Source: Octopus bimaculoides (Eukaryota). Taken from it: a DNA stretch of 64,000 nucleotides. The notes under the pieces are model-generated. The model saw nothing but the letters and a program-made list of their open reading frames with translations, was not told where the DNA came from and searched no databases. The stretch's first letter is position 1, and every line of letters begins with the position of its first letter. The position numbers were made by a program, and so were the translations under genes. The stretch covers positions 73,073,302 through 73,137,301 of the forward strand of contig NC_068991.1 in NCBI RefSeq assembly GCF_001194135.2, written 5' to 3'. Positions 37,078 to 51,439 of this stretch are shown piece after piece.

Positions 37078-37837
37078 ATTGGAGTTGATGTACAGGATAT
37101 ATTCACATGTATGCATGCAAATAAAGAAAAGCAACGATGATTAACATTCAAGTATAAATATAGTTATGCTTAGATATTGAAAGAGCACACTTACTCAGAT
37201 TGCATAGACTCAAAGAATTAGATGGGAGAAGATATGGTGTTACAAGTCCCGACAGCTGTTTCAGGAGTTTCGGGGTTTCGAGGTTAGGGCTAGATCGGGA
37301 TTAGTCGCTGCCTTTTAGACGCTCCCGAGCCCACTTTCGCTAGGTTAGCTAAGGCTTAGGTTAAGGCTCAGTTGTGATCCGAGTATAACCTTTTCTGGCA
37401 CAGAGGATCGGGAGCCATTTTGAGCGTTCTATTTTCTTTGCAGGAAGGGCTACCAACCCATGCGCCAAGGGGGTGGGGCTAGATGATGGGGATGGTGGTT
37501 ACAAAAAGGCCAGCATGTGCAAGTTGATCACCTCTTCCGGTCAAATCCCAACCCATGCGTTCCCGTCGTGACACCGATTCTGCAGCACTGTGTTGGGTGT
37601 CAAAACTAACTTGAAATTATAAATATAGACGTCTTTGAATCAGCAATGTTGCGTTCAGTTAAGTCCTATTTCGGGTGAAAAATTAGTGAACTGATTCTAT
37701 ACGGGGTTTTCCACTCAATCATGATGAAAAATCGATAAACTGATTCCTTGTGACTAAACTGTATTGTCCGTGCAAGAAAAAGACTACAATGAAACGAGTT
37801 TCTTTATCAAATTTGTTGCTGTGTATTACCATTTTTC

Positions 37838-38035
37838 AGGTAGCGAGATGGCAGAATCATTAGCATGCCGGAAAGAAATACTTAACGGCATTTCTTCCGA
37901 CTTTATCTGCTGAGTTCAAATTGCGTCCAGGCGGTTAAATGAACGCCATCATTAAGTGGTCGATAAAACAAGTACCAGTCATGAACTGGTGTCGATGTAA
38001 TCAACAATCACCCTCCCCCAAAATATCAAGCATTA
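37838..38035 (+). mobile_element. SINE family A, diverged
   Basis: ggtagcgagatggcagaatcattagc...gagttcaaattg...gtcgataaaacaagtaccag. Confidence 0.75.
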
Positions 38036-38611
38036 TATATATATAGTAAAGAGAACTTAGGGCCCTGTTTCCAGTTAGCAAGCATACATCTTAATAAAAT
38101 AGGCTCCTTCCATGACATCATAGTCATTAATTGAAGTCTATTTAGGGCTACATTGCTTAATATTTAATGACAGACTATATAGGGAAATGTGAGTTTTAAC
38201 GCCAATAAAGCGCGGGACTCGCTGGACGTCTGGCTGCTATTTCTAGCAGACTGCTCCGATCACGTAGACGCTCTTTAATTGACTTAACTTAACGAAGTAC
38301 TCGTCGTTGGCAAAAGCAGAACCTAACGCAATTATCATAAAACAGCTTCAGTTCACGATATATCTATACTTAAAGCAAACAAAATAATGTAGCGTATCAT
38401 TAGGGAGATGATCGTTAAAACACTACACCGGTGCGGTTAAGTTAGATTTTATGGCTTTCATGTTTTAAAAATGAACGATATATCATGAATTATGGGTTAA
38501 TGGTACATTCTTTTAAATCATAGAATATATTTGACGGCATTTCGTCTGCCAATATTCAGCAAATTGTCGTTGGTTTAATTCACACACACACACACACACG
38601 TACGTTTACAG

Positions 38612-38649
<38 letters not shown>

Positions 38650-38688
38650 GTATGTATGTGTGTGTGTGTGTGTGTGTGTATGTTTATG

Positions 38689-38719
<31 letters not shown>

Positions 38720-38809
38720 ATATATATATATATANNNNNNNNNNGTTTACACGCACGCACATACAGGATACACCACACACACGTGCGCATATATATATAT
38801 GTGTATATA

Positions 38810-38862
<53 letters not shown>

Positions 38863-39165
38863 TAGGATTTCGCTTAGGCATAGTCATTCTAATAAGCAGT
38901 CGTAACAACTCGATACATTTATAGTTTGGAGTAAAATGTTAGGAGAGTACAGCGGATAATAGCAATGAATAAATGAGAAGAGGAGTTATGTAATCGTGTT
39001 TATTAGCTTACGGCTGTTTCCGTTATAGGTTTAATCAAACACAGCTATGTGATTATGCAACATTTTATAGCTACCTCGGAGCCGTTAAAGAAATAAATAC
39101 TTATGTGCGTATAGCTGCATATATATGCATATATGCGCGCACGTGTGTGTATGTATATATATATG

Positions 39166-39215
<50 letters not shown>

Positions 39216-41228
39216 TGTTGTTTAAAACAGTTTGATTCGGTTTCCCTGCTACTTTAAGTTACGCAGGCCTTCACGAAGCCCGTCGTCTCCAGACTCTGGA
39301 AGTACTCTCAAAAGCAAGTCGAACTGGTTTAAGTAATAGATGTAAATCCTACTAAGTGTGTTATGTGCAATTGTAGAAATTTGTCATATGTCTGTATTTT
39401 CATGCTAAATTATAATACAACCGACGTAATTAAATTTTGCTCTGAGGTTTTCATGATTACGTTTAGAATAACGGGAACGTTTTCGTGTCATGTTTATGCG
39501 TTTTTCAAGGTTATTTACTACGCGTGAGAGGAGAAAAAAGATACACAATTTCATTGTTTAAAAAAAAAAAATGGGGAACAAAAGCGAAATCAGCAAATCA
39601 TTACTAAAGGTTACTAAATGTTATTTCTTAAAAACTAACCACAAACGAGATCGCAGTCAGAAGTGATTAAAAATAAATCCCACTCAGAAGTGATTAAAAA
39701 ATTGATAACATTGTTTATGGTTAACTGTTACTGTGTTTGAAAATGTCTAAAGAAAAGGAAATGATATGGAAAAAAGCATTCCGCAAAATTAGAATTAAAT
39801 TTCGTATCAAGATGTTCATGATTTATAAAGAGCCTTAAAAGGGATTTCCATCATCGACTGTCAACTTCTCGTTGTGAAACCTTAAACTGCTAACTTTGTG
39901 ACATGATTTTCTAAGTTGATCCTATTTTACGTCCCTTCATTTCATGTTCCCATTCTATACTGTTTTCCCAAGGAATTACAAGCTGTACGATCGGAAAATA
40001 TTTCGTGAAGTTAGATCTTACAACAAGCTCAACTTTTGCACTATAATTGCAGTACCGATTGGTTGGAGATGCGTTTTCACCAAACTTGCATACACCTTCC
40101 AGTCACTTGTCCCATGAAGGTGTTTGCTTAATGACTAACTTTTGTGTGGTTGTCTGCATTGTTCGACCTCGCCCTTAACAACTATGTGAAACTTCCTGCT
40201 CGTTCCTGTTGTATGGACCTGCCGCACTATTGTGTTAACGCAGCGTCAAAGACAATAATGGCTGGATTATTCCTTCATGAGATAACTTGCAGACTGCCAG
40301 AACACAACGTAACAATTCATTACCTCTGTAGTGTTCCTCCAACCCTCTAGGTAGCAATAGCCGGCGATGTAATAACACCAGAAGCGCTTTCATGAATTAT
40401 TGAAACACAATTTTATTTGCTCAGCGATGTCAAATATTTGATGTTACATATGAATTATTTTCGGATACAATTTGTTAAATGTAAATTGAAATGACAAATG
40501 GTAGTAGTCAGATTAATTCTGTTGCTAAAGATTTTTGGCTGCGTTAAAGAAAAAAATATATATATTATACAACCTGAGGAAAATATAAGATTTTAAAACT
40601 TTATGTAATACAAGTGGATAATGGAGACATTATCTGAATAAAGATAAGACATCGAAATCGACAGAGAATCTTCTGAAGGAGGCTATTATGTATGTATGCA
40701 TGTATGTATGTATGTATGTATGTATGTATGTTTTTGTGAGTCTATGTATCTATGTTTGTAAGCATGTGTGTATTTATTTATGTGTGTATATAACTGTGTA
40801 TGAATGTATATAAAAGCAAATATATTTGAAAATGTTCATACACATGTAGGCTCTGTATGTATATGAATATGCATGTATAAAATACGTATAAGAAAGTATA
40901 TGCATACATAGACACACATACACGAAATCATGCACACCCAAACCCAGAAACAAATACATTTATAAATGCTTATAGATATATATATATACGTGTATGTATA
41001 CATAGGCAACTTTATCTGTCTAAATATCTATTCATCTGTAAAATGTAATATAATAGACACACAGAAACACACAAACACAAACACACAGAGACAGACACAC
41101 AGAGACAGACACACAGAGACAGACACGCACACAAACACATACACATATCTTATATTACATTATCTGATATATATTATACATTTATACATACATATACATA
41201 TGCTAGAAATACATACACACTCATATAC

Positions 41229-41264
<36 letters not shown>

Positions 41265-41468
41265 NNNNNNNNNNNNNNNNNNNNNNNNNNNNNNNNNNNN
41301 NNNNNNNNNNNNNNNNNNNNNNNNNNNNNNNNNNNNNNNNNNNNNNNNNNNNNNNNNNNNNNNNNNNNNNNNNNNNNNNNNNNNNNNNNNNNNNNNNNNN
41401 NNNNNNNNNNNNNNNNNNNNNNNNNNNNNNATATATATATTTGTTGTTGTACTTGGGGATGGTCATAC

Positions 41469-41501
<33 letters not shown>

Positions 41502-42122
41502 CGTGTGTATAATACACACAGATATTTCATAAGTTTATGAACAATCTGCCTTCATGTACTTTTACTTTTATATATGTGCGTGCATTTGTTTGTACGTGTG
41601 TATGTATATATATATATATATCATCTTTGAGTGAGTGTACATGCATGTGTGCTTGTTTGTTCGTGGCATATTTAGCCTAATATACTATGCAGTTAATACG
41701 GAGTTTCCAGAATTTTCGGTTGGTTTTTCAGACAGGATAATCTTGAGCCTCGTTGAAGAATATATCTCGCTATGACGTCTGATAGACAAAGCCGCAACGA
41801 TAAAATCCCAAGCCGGTTTTTGGCTGGAGTCAGAAATACGAGATGCATAATGCAAGGCAAAGAAGAGCTTGCAAAGGCACACACACACGCATGTACAAAC
41901 ACTTACATGCAAGCCTTTGGTTAGTCTATAATGTAAAGAAAAAGATAGGAAGGAGGGATGTTCTCTCTTGTTTATACACACTTGAAACCAACATTTGGTA
42001 CGTGGATGAACTTAGGGTAGAGGCGGTGATATTGAGGGAGTTTTGAGGGCGCAGAGTAGGAATAGCGGAATCTACAAACACAAGGATTTTCCTAGAAAAG
42101 AATGAAATAATTAAAAGTGTGA

Positions 42123-42676
42123 TGCGAAATTTCTTTTTTCCACGAGAGTTCCGGACCCCAGTAATGAACTCATTTGCATACAGCCAATCAGAGCTCACCT
42201 TGACCTCGTTATCAGGTTAACGAACACACTCTACCAAATAAACTCAAGACAAAGAACGGTGTTGTAAGTCGACCGATCGCCAAGTTATGCCTGACTTTAG
42301 AAGGAGACAAGTAATTAGATAGATTTGTATGTATACTTATTATTGGATTTTGCTAGGGTCCCATATGGTAAAGATGTGGAAGAAAAAATGTAGGTAGAGA
42401 GTGATGTGTTGGCAACCCTCTCCCCTTACTGTTTTACAAAGTAAACAACAACACAAATAACTACGCAGAGGCAGCCATAGTTGAAACAAGAACAAGAACA
42501 ACAAGCATTCTTAAAAGAGACAAGAAGCATGGCCATTCCTTATCCAATTGACCTTATCTCATCGCCCATCACTTGTCGTGCGCTCATAAATCAGTTTGAT
42601 AGTTTAGCTTCGATTGGCTTTATGCAAATGAGTTCATAACTGGGGTCCGGAACTCACGTAGCGAAAACATTTCGCA
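42123..42676. mobile_element. MITE-like element with subterminal 44-bp inverted repeats containing octamer and CCAAT motifs
   Basis: 42146-42189 vs 42612-42655 (2 mismatches), plus outer tgcgaaat/atttcgca (42123-42130, 42669-42676). No TSD found. Confidence 0.7.
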
Positions 42677-43512
42677 GGCGGGATAGACACAATGAAATAA
42701 TGTATTTTTTAAAAAATTTCTTTTACATCTAAGTAATTTCAAATTAGTCCATAAAGTAAATAACCAACCCCGATATTTTACATTATATAACTGAATATAT
42801 CACACACTCAAAGTTAATTCTTGGACTACTTACTATATAGGTTAACACAACACAAGGGATCACTCAAATTCTGCTGTAGTTTAACAACACTACTGTATGA
42901 ACACTCTGGATTTACGCCTCACTATGAGGAGTCACTATGAAATTTCACGCTCTGAATTCTTTTGCATTTTTACTAAATTCCATACATTTTTGCTAAATTC
43001 TATACATTTTTTATATCTTCTGCATAAATAAATTATTAATGACTTCATACCTCACAATTGCCTAACCATTTTTATGTTATTATATATAGTATGTCAAGTA
43101 TATACATACTGCATTACATTTTAAATATGAGGCTTATTGTAGTCGCCATGATATGCAACATGTTTGTCCATGGAAACTTTTCAGTTGGATGGAATATATG
43201 GAAGTATTTGCTGTAAACGGTCCGTTATATTAGCCTTACAGACAATACTAATTAAAAAGTGTAGTGAATATCTTTAGCTGAGATGAATTGAGTACATATT
43301 GCAATGCTTTCTAATATATATTCTAATTAGTGCTGCAGTGTTTAGCATATTGTAGAGTCAACATTACTGATAGAATAATCTCACGAACCTCATTTAAAGC
43401 AATGGTAGTCGTATTGCTATACTAAGTCATGCAGAGAGCATCAAAGATTATTAGAATTAATTATGCAGTGTTAAATGACAATATTAGTCAATGATTACTC
43501 TCATTTAGCTCT

Positions 43513-43593
43513 AAGGCGGTCAGCTGGCATAAACGTAAGCACGCCGAGCGAAATGATTAGCGGTGTTTCGTCTGCCGTTATATTAAGAGGTCG

Positions 43594-43669
<76 letters not shown>

Positions 43670-43897
43670 GTGTATGTATCTTTGTGTATAAGTTTGTTTC
43701 CCATCGCCAGCGTTTGACAACTGGTGTTGGTGTGTTTACATCCCCTTAACTTAGCAATTCGGCAAAAGAGACAGCTGGAATAAGCACCAAACATTACAAA
43801 TACTAATAAAAGATAATGGCGTCGATTCATTGGAGTAAAAAATTTCTATGCGGTGCTCCAGCATGGCTGTAATTTACCGACTGAAGCAACAAATAGT
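43513..43897 (+). mobile_element. Chimeric SINE: family A head + (TA)n + family B 3' half
   Basis: aaggcggtcagctggc...tttcgtctgccgtt, then (TA)n, then tgacaactggtgttggtgtgtttac...gcggtgctccagcatggc. Confidence 0.7.
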
Positions 43898-44338
43898 ATA
43901 ATACAAGGATATAGCATATACAAATGATTAGCGTTGCCCTAACAGAGAGATTACTCTTAATCTGTGACATCGAAATTACGAAAACATCAAAAAAATTAGT
44001 GCTGTAGTATTTTTAATGCAAGGCACATTAAAAGTCTAATTTGGAAGAAACCTATGTTGACCGAAAGACAAATAATAATCAATGATTAATAGCCCCACCT
44101 CTATCATTTACTTCTCAGATGAAATCTCTCCGGGTTCCATTTTCTAATTCCGGGTTTACATAAAGTAAACAAACAAGAGGAGATCGATCGAATGTATCCA
44201 TATCCTCGTACTAATTTTGAGAAAGAGAGAAGCAAATTTAACTCCCCTGATAAAATAGATTTGGTGCTGAGATATACTAAGACTAACAGAAGGCTGTGTT
44301 CCGTGATTCTGTTATATAAAACTAGAACACTACCAGTG

Positions 44339-44346
44339 TGTGCGCG

Positions 44347-44424
<78 letters not shown>

Positions 44425-44696
44425 CGTGAGTGTGCTTGTGTGTGTGCTTGTGTGTGTGAGTGTGCTTGTGTGTGAGTGTGTGAGTGTGTGCTTGTGTGTG
44501 TTTGTATATGTGTGTGTGTGTTTGCGTGCGTGAGTGTATGTGTGTGAGTGTGCTTGTGTGCGTGTGAGCGTGTGTGTGTGAGTGTGTATATGTGTGTGTG
44601 CGTGTTTGTGCGTGTGTTTGTGTGTGTATGTGTGAGTGTGAGTTTGTTTGCATGCGCGCATGTGTTTGTTTGTGTGTGTGTGTGTCAGTGTGTGTT
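44339..44696. repeat. Long compound (GT)n microsatellite
   Basis: Direct reading. Confidence 0.95.
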
Positions 44697-45688
44697 TTCA
44701 CACAATACTCATCGATTGAAACGATGAAACATAAGCAAAGCAATTATTACGAACAAATACTAGTTTGGGAAAATAAAATCAATTGTTAGAGGCGTGGGCA
44801 AACGAAATAAGTGGAGATGGGAAAAAAGAGAAGTTTTTATATTGAAATATAATCTTCAGTTTATTTAATTCAATACAATTCAATGCACTTTAAAGGAAAC
44901 TACATAATGTTGTCATTGTTTATATTTACTAACTTACGCACGAACATTTTTTTCTACGCACCCATATTCGCTTTCTCATACACGCATACTCTTTCTCTCG
45001 CCTTATCTCTCTCTCTCTCTCTTTCACACATACACAAACATTTGCTTTTTTATACAGTTTTAATAGTTCCAATCTGAAGACTGGCCGAGCTGGGGTACTA
45101 CCTGTGTTATTCTTCTTATGACTAGAGACTTACTCTTTTAGTTTCTGAATTAGTGAGATACGCCCTTATTTGCATATTTAGTTTTCCTTTTTTGCCCTGA
45201 CGTTGGTTCATCTGGGACGTTATCTAGTATAATATCTAAACATTTATCAAATATATCTACATCCTTCTGTATTGGTTTCTGAAAGCCTCGGCGAGATACG
45301 GTAAAGCTGCAAACTGTACAACTCTATGCTGTTACAGGCTCGTCACTGAATTTTGATAGTGAGGATGAAATCTTAGGAACTATGCAATAGAAAGCCCGTT
45401 AATGATTTTTGAAGCTCTCAATCCCCAAATTGTATAGGAGCACTTTCAAAATATTTCTTCTATAAATCAATGCATTTCTTTCATGTGTCTAACGAGTGAG
45501 TTGAATCTCAGTTCTTTTAATATCTCTCAGGAGCCAAGCCGTTACATTGAGGCGATTTTCTTAGCGCAATAATGTTGCCGTTTAGTTTAAAATTGTATGG
45601 CGTCAGTTATTCTGACCAATAGTTCAGGCGGCTGGAGGCAAATGTTCAACAAATAACTAGAGTGCCTTCTTACTTTCTCCTTCTAAAT

Positions 45689-45967
45689 CATAGGTTCTCA
45701 AAGTGGGCGCTACTGCTCACCCGGTGGGCGTTGAGAGGGTTCAGGTGGGTGCTGGAGGGTCCAGGGAAGCGGTAGAAAAAAAAAGGCATTAGGAGATAAC
45801 AGTGGATTGGGGAACGCAATGAATTTATAATATATTAAATATCAAATGATTCATAGTATATATAAATTAGTAAAATATAAAATATTTATTTATACATAAG
45901 GGTAGGTGCACTGAGAGTATTATGTGGTCATGAGGAAGCGGTGGCCCAAAATGTTTGAGAACCTCTG
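45689..45967. mobile_element. hAT/Charlie-type MITE, complete (279 bp)
   Basis: TIRs cataggttctcaaa / tttgagaacctctg; 8-bp TSD ttctaaat (45681-45688) / ttctagat (45968-45975), matching the Charlie NTCTAGAN target preference. Confidence 0.88.
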
Positions 45968-46149
45968 TTCTAGATGATTGCACAGTCTATAACCGTCTGC
46001 CTCCTACACACTGTTACCATCGTAGTATTGTGTACATGAAACGTTGCTTGGTTGTTATATTTTCCCCAGGATATGTACCAGTTATCAATTTAGGATAGTA
46101 ATCACTCCACTTTCTGTACATTCTCGTTGCATTGATATAGAAGAGCTTG

Positions 46150-46560
46150 AAATTTTCTGGTAGTAATTTGCATTGTGTTTACATCAGCCCACTGATAGAA
46201 TTCATTAAGGGTTTGCAATATATCTGCGACATATTCTGAGTCCTTTATTGTCTGTGAAACTGCTATATCGCAAACAAAGCTTTTCCAAATGACTGTCTCT
46301 ATGATAAAGGGCGTGTCTCATATCTAATAAAGCCATTACAAACAGTAATAGCTCCAAGGCAGAACCTTGGGGGATTCCGCTCAAAATCGGTGTTCTTTTG
46401 AGCAAGAGAGCAATCTTGATTGTAACCACGTGACACCTGATTATTAAAATGTGATGCAGCTGCTCTCGTAGTTTCGGAATACTCTCCAGATCATACATTT
46501 TGTAACACACCATTTTAATTTTTGAAAAGTCTTCGCCAAGTCGAAACATATCATGTCCAC
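46150..46560 (-). mobile_element. CR1/L2-clade LINE reverse-transcriptase fragment
   Basis: ORF 46205-46549 contains DFSK, SGIPQGSALELLLF (the SGVPQGSVLGPLLF motif) and SFTDN (degenerate YADD). Confidence 0.75.
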
Positions 46561-47167
46561 ATTGGAAGAGTTAAATTGCTGTTTCGACGCCCAGCGACAT
46601 AGTCATTCTCGTCTAAGAACAAGAACAGTTAATTCTTTTAATTCCTTCTCATAATTCGTTCCATTACTTTGTTCATATGCATACTTACATACAAAAATAC
46701 ATAAAAACTCATATATATATATATATANNNNNNNNNNNNNNNNNNNNNNNNNNNNNNNNNNNNNNNNNNNNNNNNNNNNNNNNNNNNNNNNNNNNNNNNN
46801 NNNNNNNNNNNNNNNNNNNNNNNNNNNNNNNNNNNNNNNNNNNNNNNNNNNNNNNNNNNNNNNNNNNNNNNNNNNNNNNNNNNNNNNNNNNNNNNNNNNN
46901 NNNNNNNNNNNNNNNNNNNNNNNNNNNNNNNNNNNNNNNNNNNNNNNNNNNNNNNNNNNNNNNNNNNNNNNNNTTATATATTTGTGCATATGTGCGTGTG
47001 TCTTACGATCTAAATATTGTAGAAGCAATTTCTGTGTCATCTACACATCTTCATACATACATGCATGCATACATACATACATACATACATACATACATAC
47101 ATACATACATGCAAAGGAATACTGGTGGAATGTACCGGTGAGACCTCAATAAAATGTAATAATTTAA

Positions 47168-47520
47168 GAGAAAGAGAGAGGGGGAGAGGGAGAGGGAAGG
47201 AGAGAGAGAAGGAAAGAGGGAGAGAGAGAAGGAGAGAGAAGGAGAGAGGAAGAGAGAAGGAAAGAAGGAGACAGAGAAAGAGGGAGGGACAGACAGAAGG
47301 AGAGAGGGAGAGAGAGAAGGAAAGACGGTAAGAGAGAAGGTGAGAGAGTTGGAGAGAGAGGGAGACAGAGTTGGAGAGAGAGGGAGACAGAGAGAGACAG
47401 AGAGGGAGAGAGAGGAGGAGAGAGAGGGAGAGAAAGAGAGAAACAGAGAGAAGGAGAGAGGGAGAAAGAGAGAAGGAGAGAGGGAAAGAGTGAAAGAAAG
47501 ATTGTGCCGAAAAGAGAATG
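47168..47520. repeat. Compound GA-rich polypurine tract
   Basis: Direct reading. Confidence 0.93.
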
Positions 47521-49318
47521 AGTGAAGAAGAGAAGGATAAGAGAGTACAATAATGTCATAAATATTTTTAAAAATTTGATTGGATATCCATATAAAATGG
47601 CGTCTATAATCGAATATAAACTACCTCCTAACCTGTTTCCGCTCTTCTCGTCTGCCTTTAAAACATTCAGTATACAAATTCATATACACACATTTATTCT
47701 CTCCGTGATATTTACGCGCACATATTCACAATCTCGTATCATAATGCAAATATCGCCACTAATATTGATAAATACAACCATAAAATATCAAGTTTATCGT
47801 TGAGTAAGTAATAAAGCGTGATTCTCTTAAAATGTCACACCTATTAAAATGTCAACAACACAGCTTTCCTTTCGGACAACCAAACATATCGAATAAGAAT
47901 AATAAATAACAAAAAAAAACATCCTTTTCGTATTTCAGTTGGAAAGCTGTGTATATTGCCTTTCTGTATCACGCATAAAATGTTGTAAACTATTAATCTA
48001 GGATAATTTATTATTCAGAAAAACATAAAAAACGATAGCAAATCACTCTGTTATTTCACCGTCAGTTTTTCTACAGAAAAGTGACCATTATAACACAAGA
48101 CTTTACTATTGTTTTCGTTTCCTTAAATTGTTTATATATCTACATATATATATCTTGTCTTTAGTTTCAGCTCAGAGCTGTGACCATGCTGGGGCACCGC
48201 CGTTTTGCTACACTGTTATTACCGAGAGCCTCCTCTAATATGTTGCACTTGGTGAAGAATGGTGTTTGATGTCGCTACTCTCATTTGCACCTCTTGCCGT
48301 GAGGAAAGTTCATCTGGGAGTCTAAAATAATATATAGATATATGCATATATTCATACATATATATACATACCTAGGTCTATATGTATACATACATGCATA
48401 TATGGGTACAGGACATAAAAAAAACGTTAAACAATGAGAAACGAAAACAGAAAACGAACTTTTTTTCAGAAAACGAAAAAAAAAACAAACAGAGAAACGA
48501 GATATGCAACATACAGAATATATCCCTTCGTCAGTTGTCGCTGTTCCATCTACTCCGCGTTTCGATATANNNNNNNNNNNNNNNNNNNNNNNNNNNNNNN
48601 NNNNNNNNNNNNNNNNNNNNNNNNNNNNNNNNNNNNNNNNNNNNNNNNNNNNNNNNNNNNNNNNNNNNNNNNNNNNNNNNNNNNNNNNNNNNNNNNNNNN
48701 NNNNNNNNNNNNNNNNNNNNNNNNNNNNNNNNNNNNNNTATAGGAGTGAATGTCTTTGTAACAGGAAGAGGAAGACTAGAGATTCATGAACGATCTGTTC
48801 AAGTTACTGGGGTTTTAATCGGCAAGTTGATTACATTGACGGCAATGTTCGGTGGGTAATTATTTTATCCGCTATGAATTTTGAACTTAGAACGTAGAAG
48901 CGAACGAAATGCCGTTAAGGATTTTGCCAGCTCTCAACTTTGCCTTTCCTCCTCTCGGGGTAAGGGTCGATAAAATAAGTACCAGTTAAACATTTGGGCC
49001 GATGTAATCGACTTATCCCCTCCCACGAATTTGATGGCCTCAATATTACTTAGTGAAGGTCTAGTGTTCAAGATATTCAGTTTAAAATCAGGTGACTACG
49101 GGTTCAATTCCTAGACAGTCTGCGCTTTGAGTCATTAAAGTGAGTACTAGCCGCGTACTGATACTATCTGTTCCTTCAGCTATAATCTATTAGATATTCC
49201 GCTGGGCCAAATCGTGGGAATACTGCGAGACTCTACTGTATCTGCTCTCAATAACATAGTCAATTAAAACAATCAGTGAAAGCAAAACTCATTCTACTAA
49301 GCCATATTCTTTGGTGAG

Positions 49319-49707
49319 AAGTGGTGGCGCAATGGCCCAGTGGTTAGGGCAGCGAACACACGGTCACAGAATCACGGGTTTGATTCCCAGGCCGAGAGTT
49401 GTGAGTGTTTTTTGAGCGAAAACACCTAAAATTTCACGAGGCTCCGACAGCGGGAGGTGACGAACCCTGCTGTACTCTTTCACCACAACTTTCTCTCATT
49501 CTTTCTTCCTGTTTCTGTTGTACCTGAATTTCAAAGGCTGAGCCCTGTCACACTCTGTGCCACACTGAATTTGCCCGAGGACTACATTAAGAGTACACGT
49601 GTCTGTGGAGTGCTCAGCCACTTGCACGTTAATTTCACGAGCAGGCTGTTCCGTTGATCAGATCAACAGGAATCCTCGTCGTCGTAACCGACGGAGTGCC
49701 ACGACGT
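49319..49707 (+). mobile_element. SINE family C, full length, with perfect 12-bp TSD
   Basis: ttctttggtgag at 49307-49318 and 49708-49719; tRNA-like head tggcccagtggttag / ggtttgattccc. Confidence 0.93.
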
Positions 49708-50969
49708 TTCTTTGGTGAGTAATAGCCGTTTCTGCTCCCTTTAATATCATTATAATTATTTTCTTTTACTTTTCCAACCATCTAATGAAATGTAAGAATG
49801 ATATTTTCTTCTTTTCTTTTTTCTATTTGCGCCAATTTCGTGCTAAATTAATTCTTGATGTATACATCACATGAATGTCGAAAAGATTACAATACATAAT
49901 AAATATCTTGGCATATTTTTGAAAAAGCTTCGTCTCTTCCATGATAAAAAAAAAAGAGATAATACAATTATATTCTTCAGAGAGTGATTAGAATATCAAT
50001 AAGAAGGTTATTGGAAACTGCCGATTGCTGGATTAATTAGTTCATATATTTTTTCGAAGATCAAATCCAGATAATACCAATTTTGCTTTCTCTAATGTTG
50101 CGATCAGTATATAATTAATATATACCGATAATATAATGCAGTAGACATAATTGATTGAATCCTTAGATGGATATTTTTCTGAGAAAACCTGATTCGTGTG
50201 AAAAAATTTCCTTCTCGGAAAGTTATTATGAACAACACAGCAACAACAACACCAAGATGAAATAGAAGAATAGCAACAACAATGACAACAATAATAATAA
50301 TAATATATTGTTTGAAATAGCAAATGCGTTGGATTGGCAGAATCATTGAATGCCTTACAACATTTATTCTGGATCTTTAAGCTGTGAGTTCAAGTCCAGC
50401 TGATGCCAACCTTGTTATTTAGCTTAATATCATACTTGGCCAAGAAGATCTATGATTAGAGCCTTATCAAACACGGTCATTCCGTGTATTTCTCTTCTAG
50501 ACGCAGTGTACGTTGGACTATATCATACAATGTTACCTGTTCGAAAGTAAGATTTGATTAGAATCGGTGTTAATGATCGCAGAGGAAAAGGAATGGAGTA
50601 AGTAATAAGTGTATTTTCAACGCATCTTTCAGACAAACAAACATATGAATAATAATACTAAAAGAAGTTTCTCTCCTGACAAGGAAAATTCAATATCTTC
50701 GCCGCCAATATATTTAACTAATAAATCGAACAGGAAATATATTTATTTGTCACGTTGTCGCAAGGCTGTGGGTTCTTCCAGGGCCGAATTCATCGAGAAT
50801 AGAAGGCTGAAAATATAGTCGATCTCGCGTGGTTTGAAATCAAAACAAGACATCTTAACTTTTAGTATAGCGCACTGCTGCAATTGCTACTTGGTGCTGG
50901 TGTTTTTTTTTTGCGTGTGTGCGTGCATGTGTGTGTGTGTGTGTGTGTGTGTTTGTGTGNNNNNNNNNN

Positions 50970-51007
<38 letters not shown>

Positions 51008-51031
51008 CGCGTGTGTGTGTGTGTGTCTCCG

Positions 51032-51144
51032 TTTTATTTGACAAATGTTTCGTATAAATACGCAATTAAACACGTTTCTTCTTTCCGCTTAAAGGCACTC
51101 AGACAGACTGTCTCACACGTATAAAAACACAAACACACACATAT
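51032..51144 (+). repeat. Left arm of a 113-bp inverted duplication
   Basis: Reverse complement of 53056-53168 with 2 mismatches. Confidence 0.9.
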
Positions 51145-51439
51145 ACAATTTTATAATATGGAGACACACACACACACGCACACGCACATGCACACGCACA
51201 CACACAAACACACAAAACACCAGCACCAGCAACAACTACTTTAATCGGATTAAATTCTGTACGATTATCTCTAATACATTTAGTGATAAAACAACGAAGA
51301 TTATCGTAAGGGTAGGAAAGATCGGTTATAATCTTTTGGGCTAACTCAAAATACCTCGGCATAAATCCAAATTGTTTCATAGATCAGATATTGACATCCG
51401 TGACATTTGCAACGAGCATTTGTGAAGAACCGGAAAGTT

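Noticed and set aside
37425-37575. Strong acceptor ttttctttgcag followed by an open frame
   Set aside because: No good donor, and the sequence resembles a degenerate SINE tail (aggaagggc...caacccatgc).
48500-48569. Minus-strand GAAACGCG ... CTGACGAAGGG hammerhead words
   Set aside because: The order is permuted, stem I does not pair, and the rest is lost in the gap; it may be a pLTR relic but cannot be supported.
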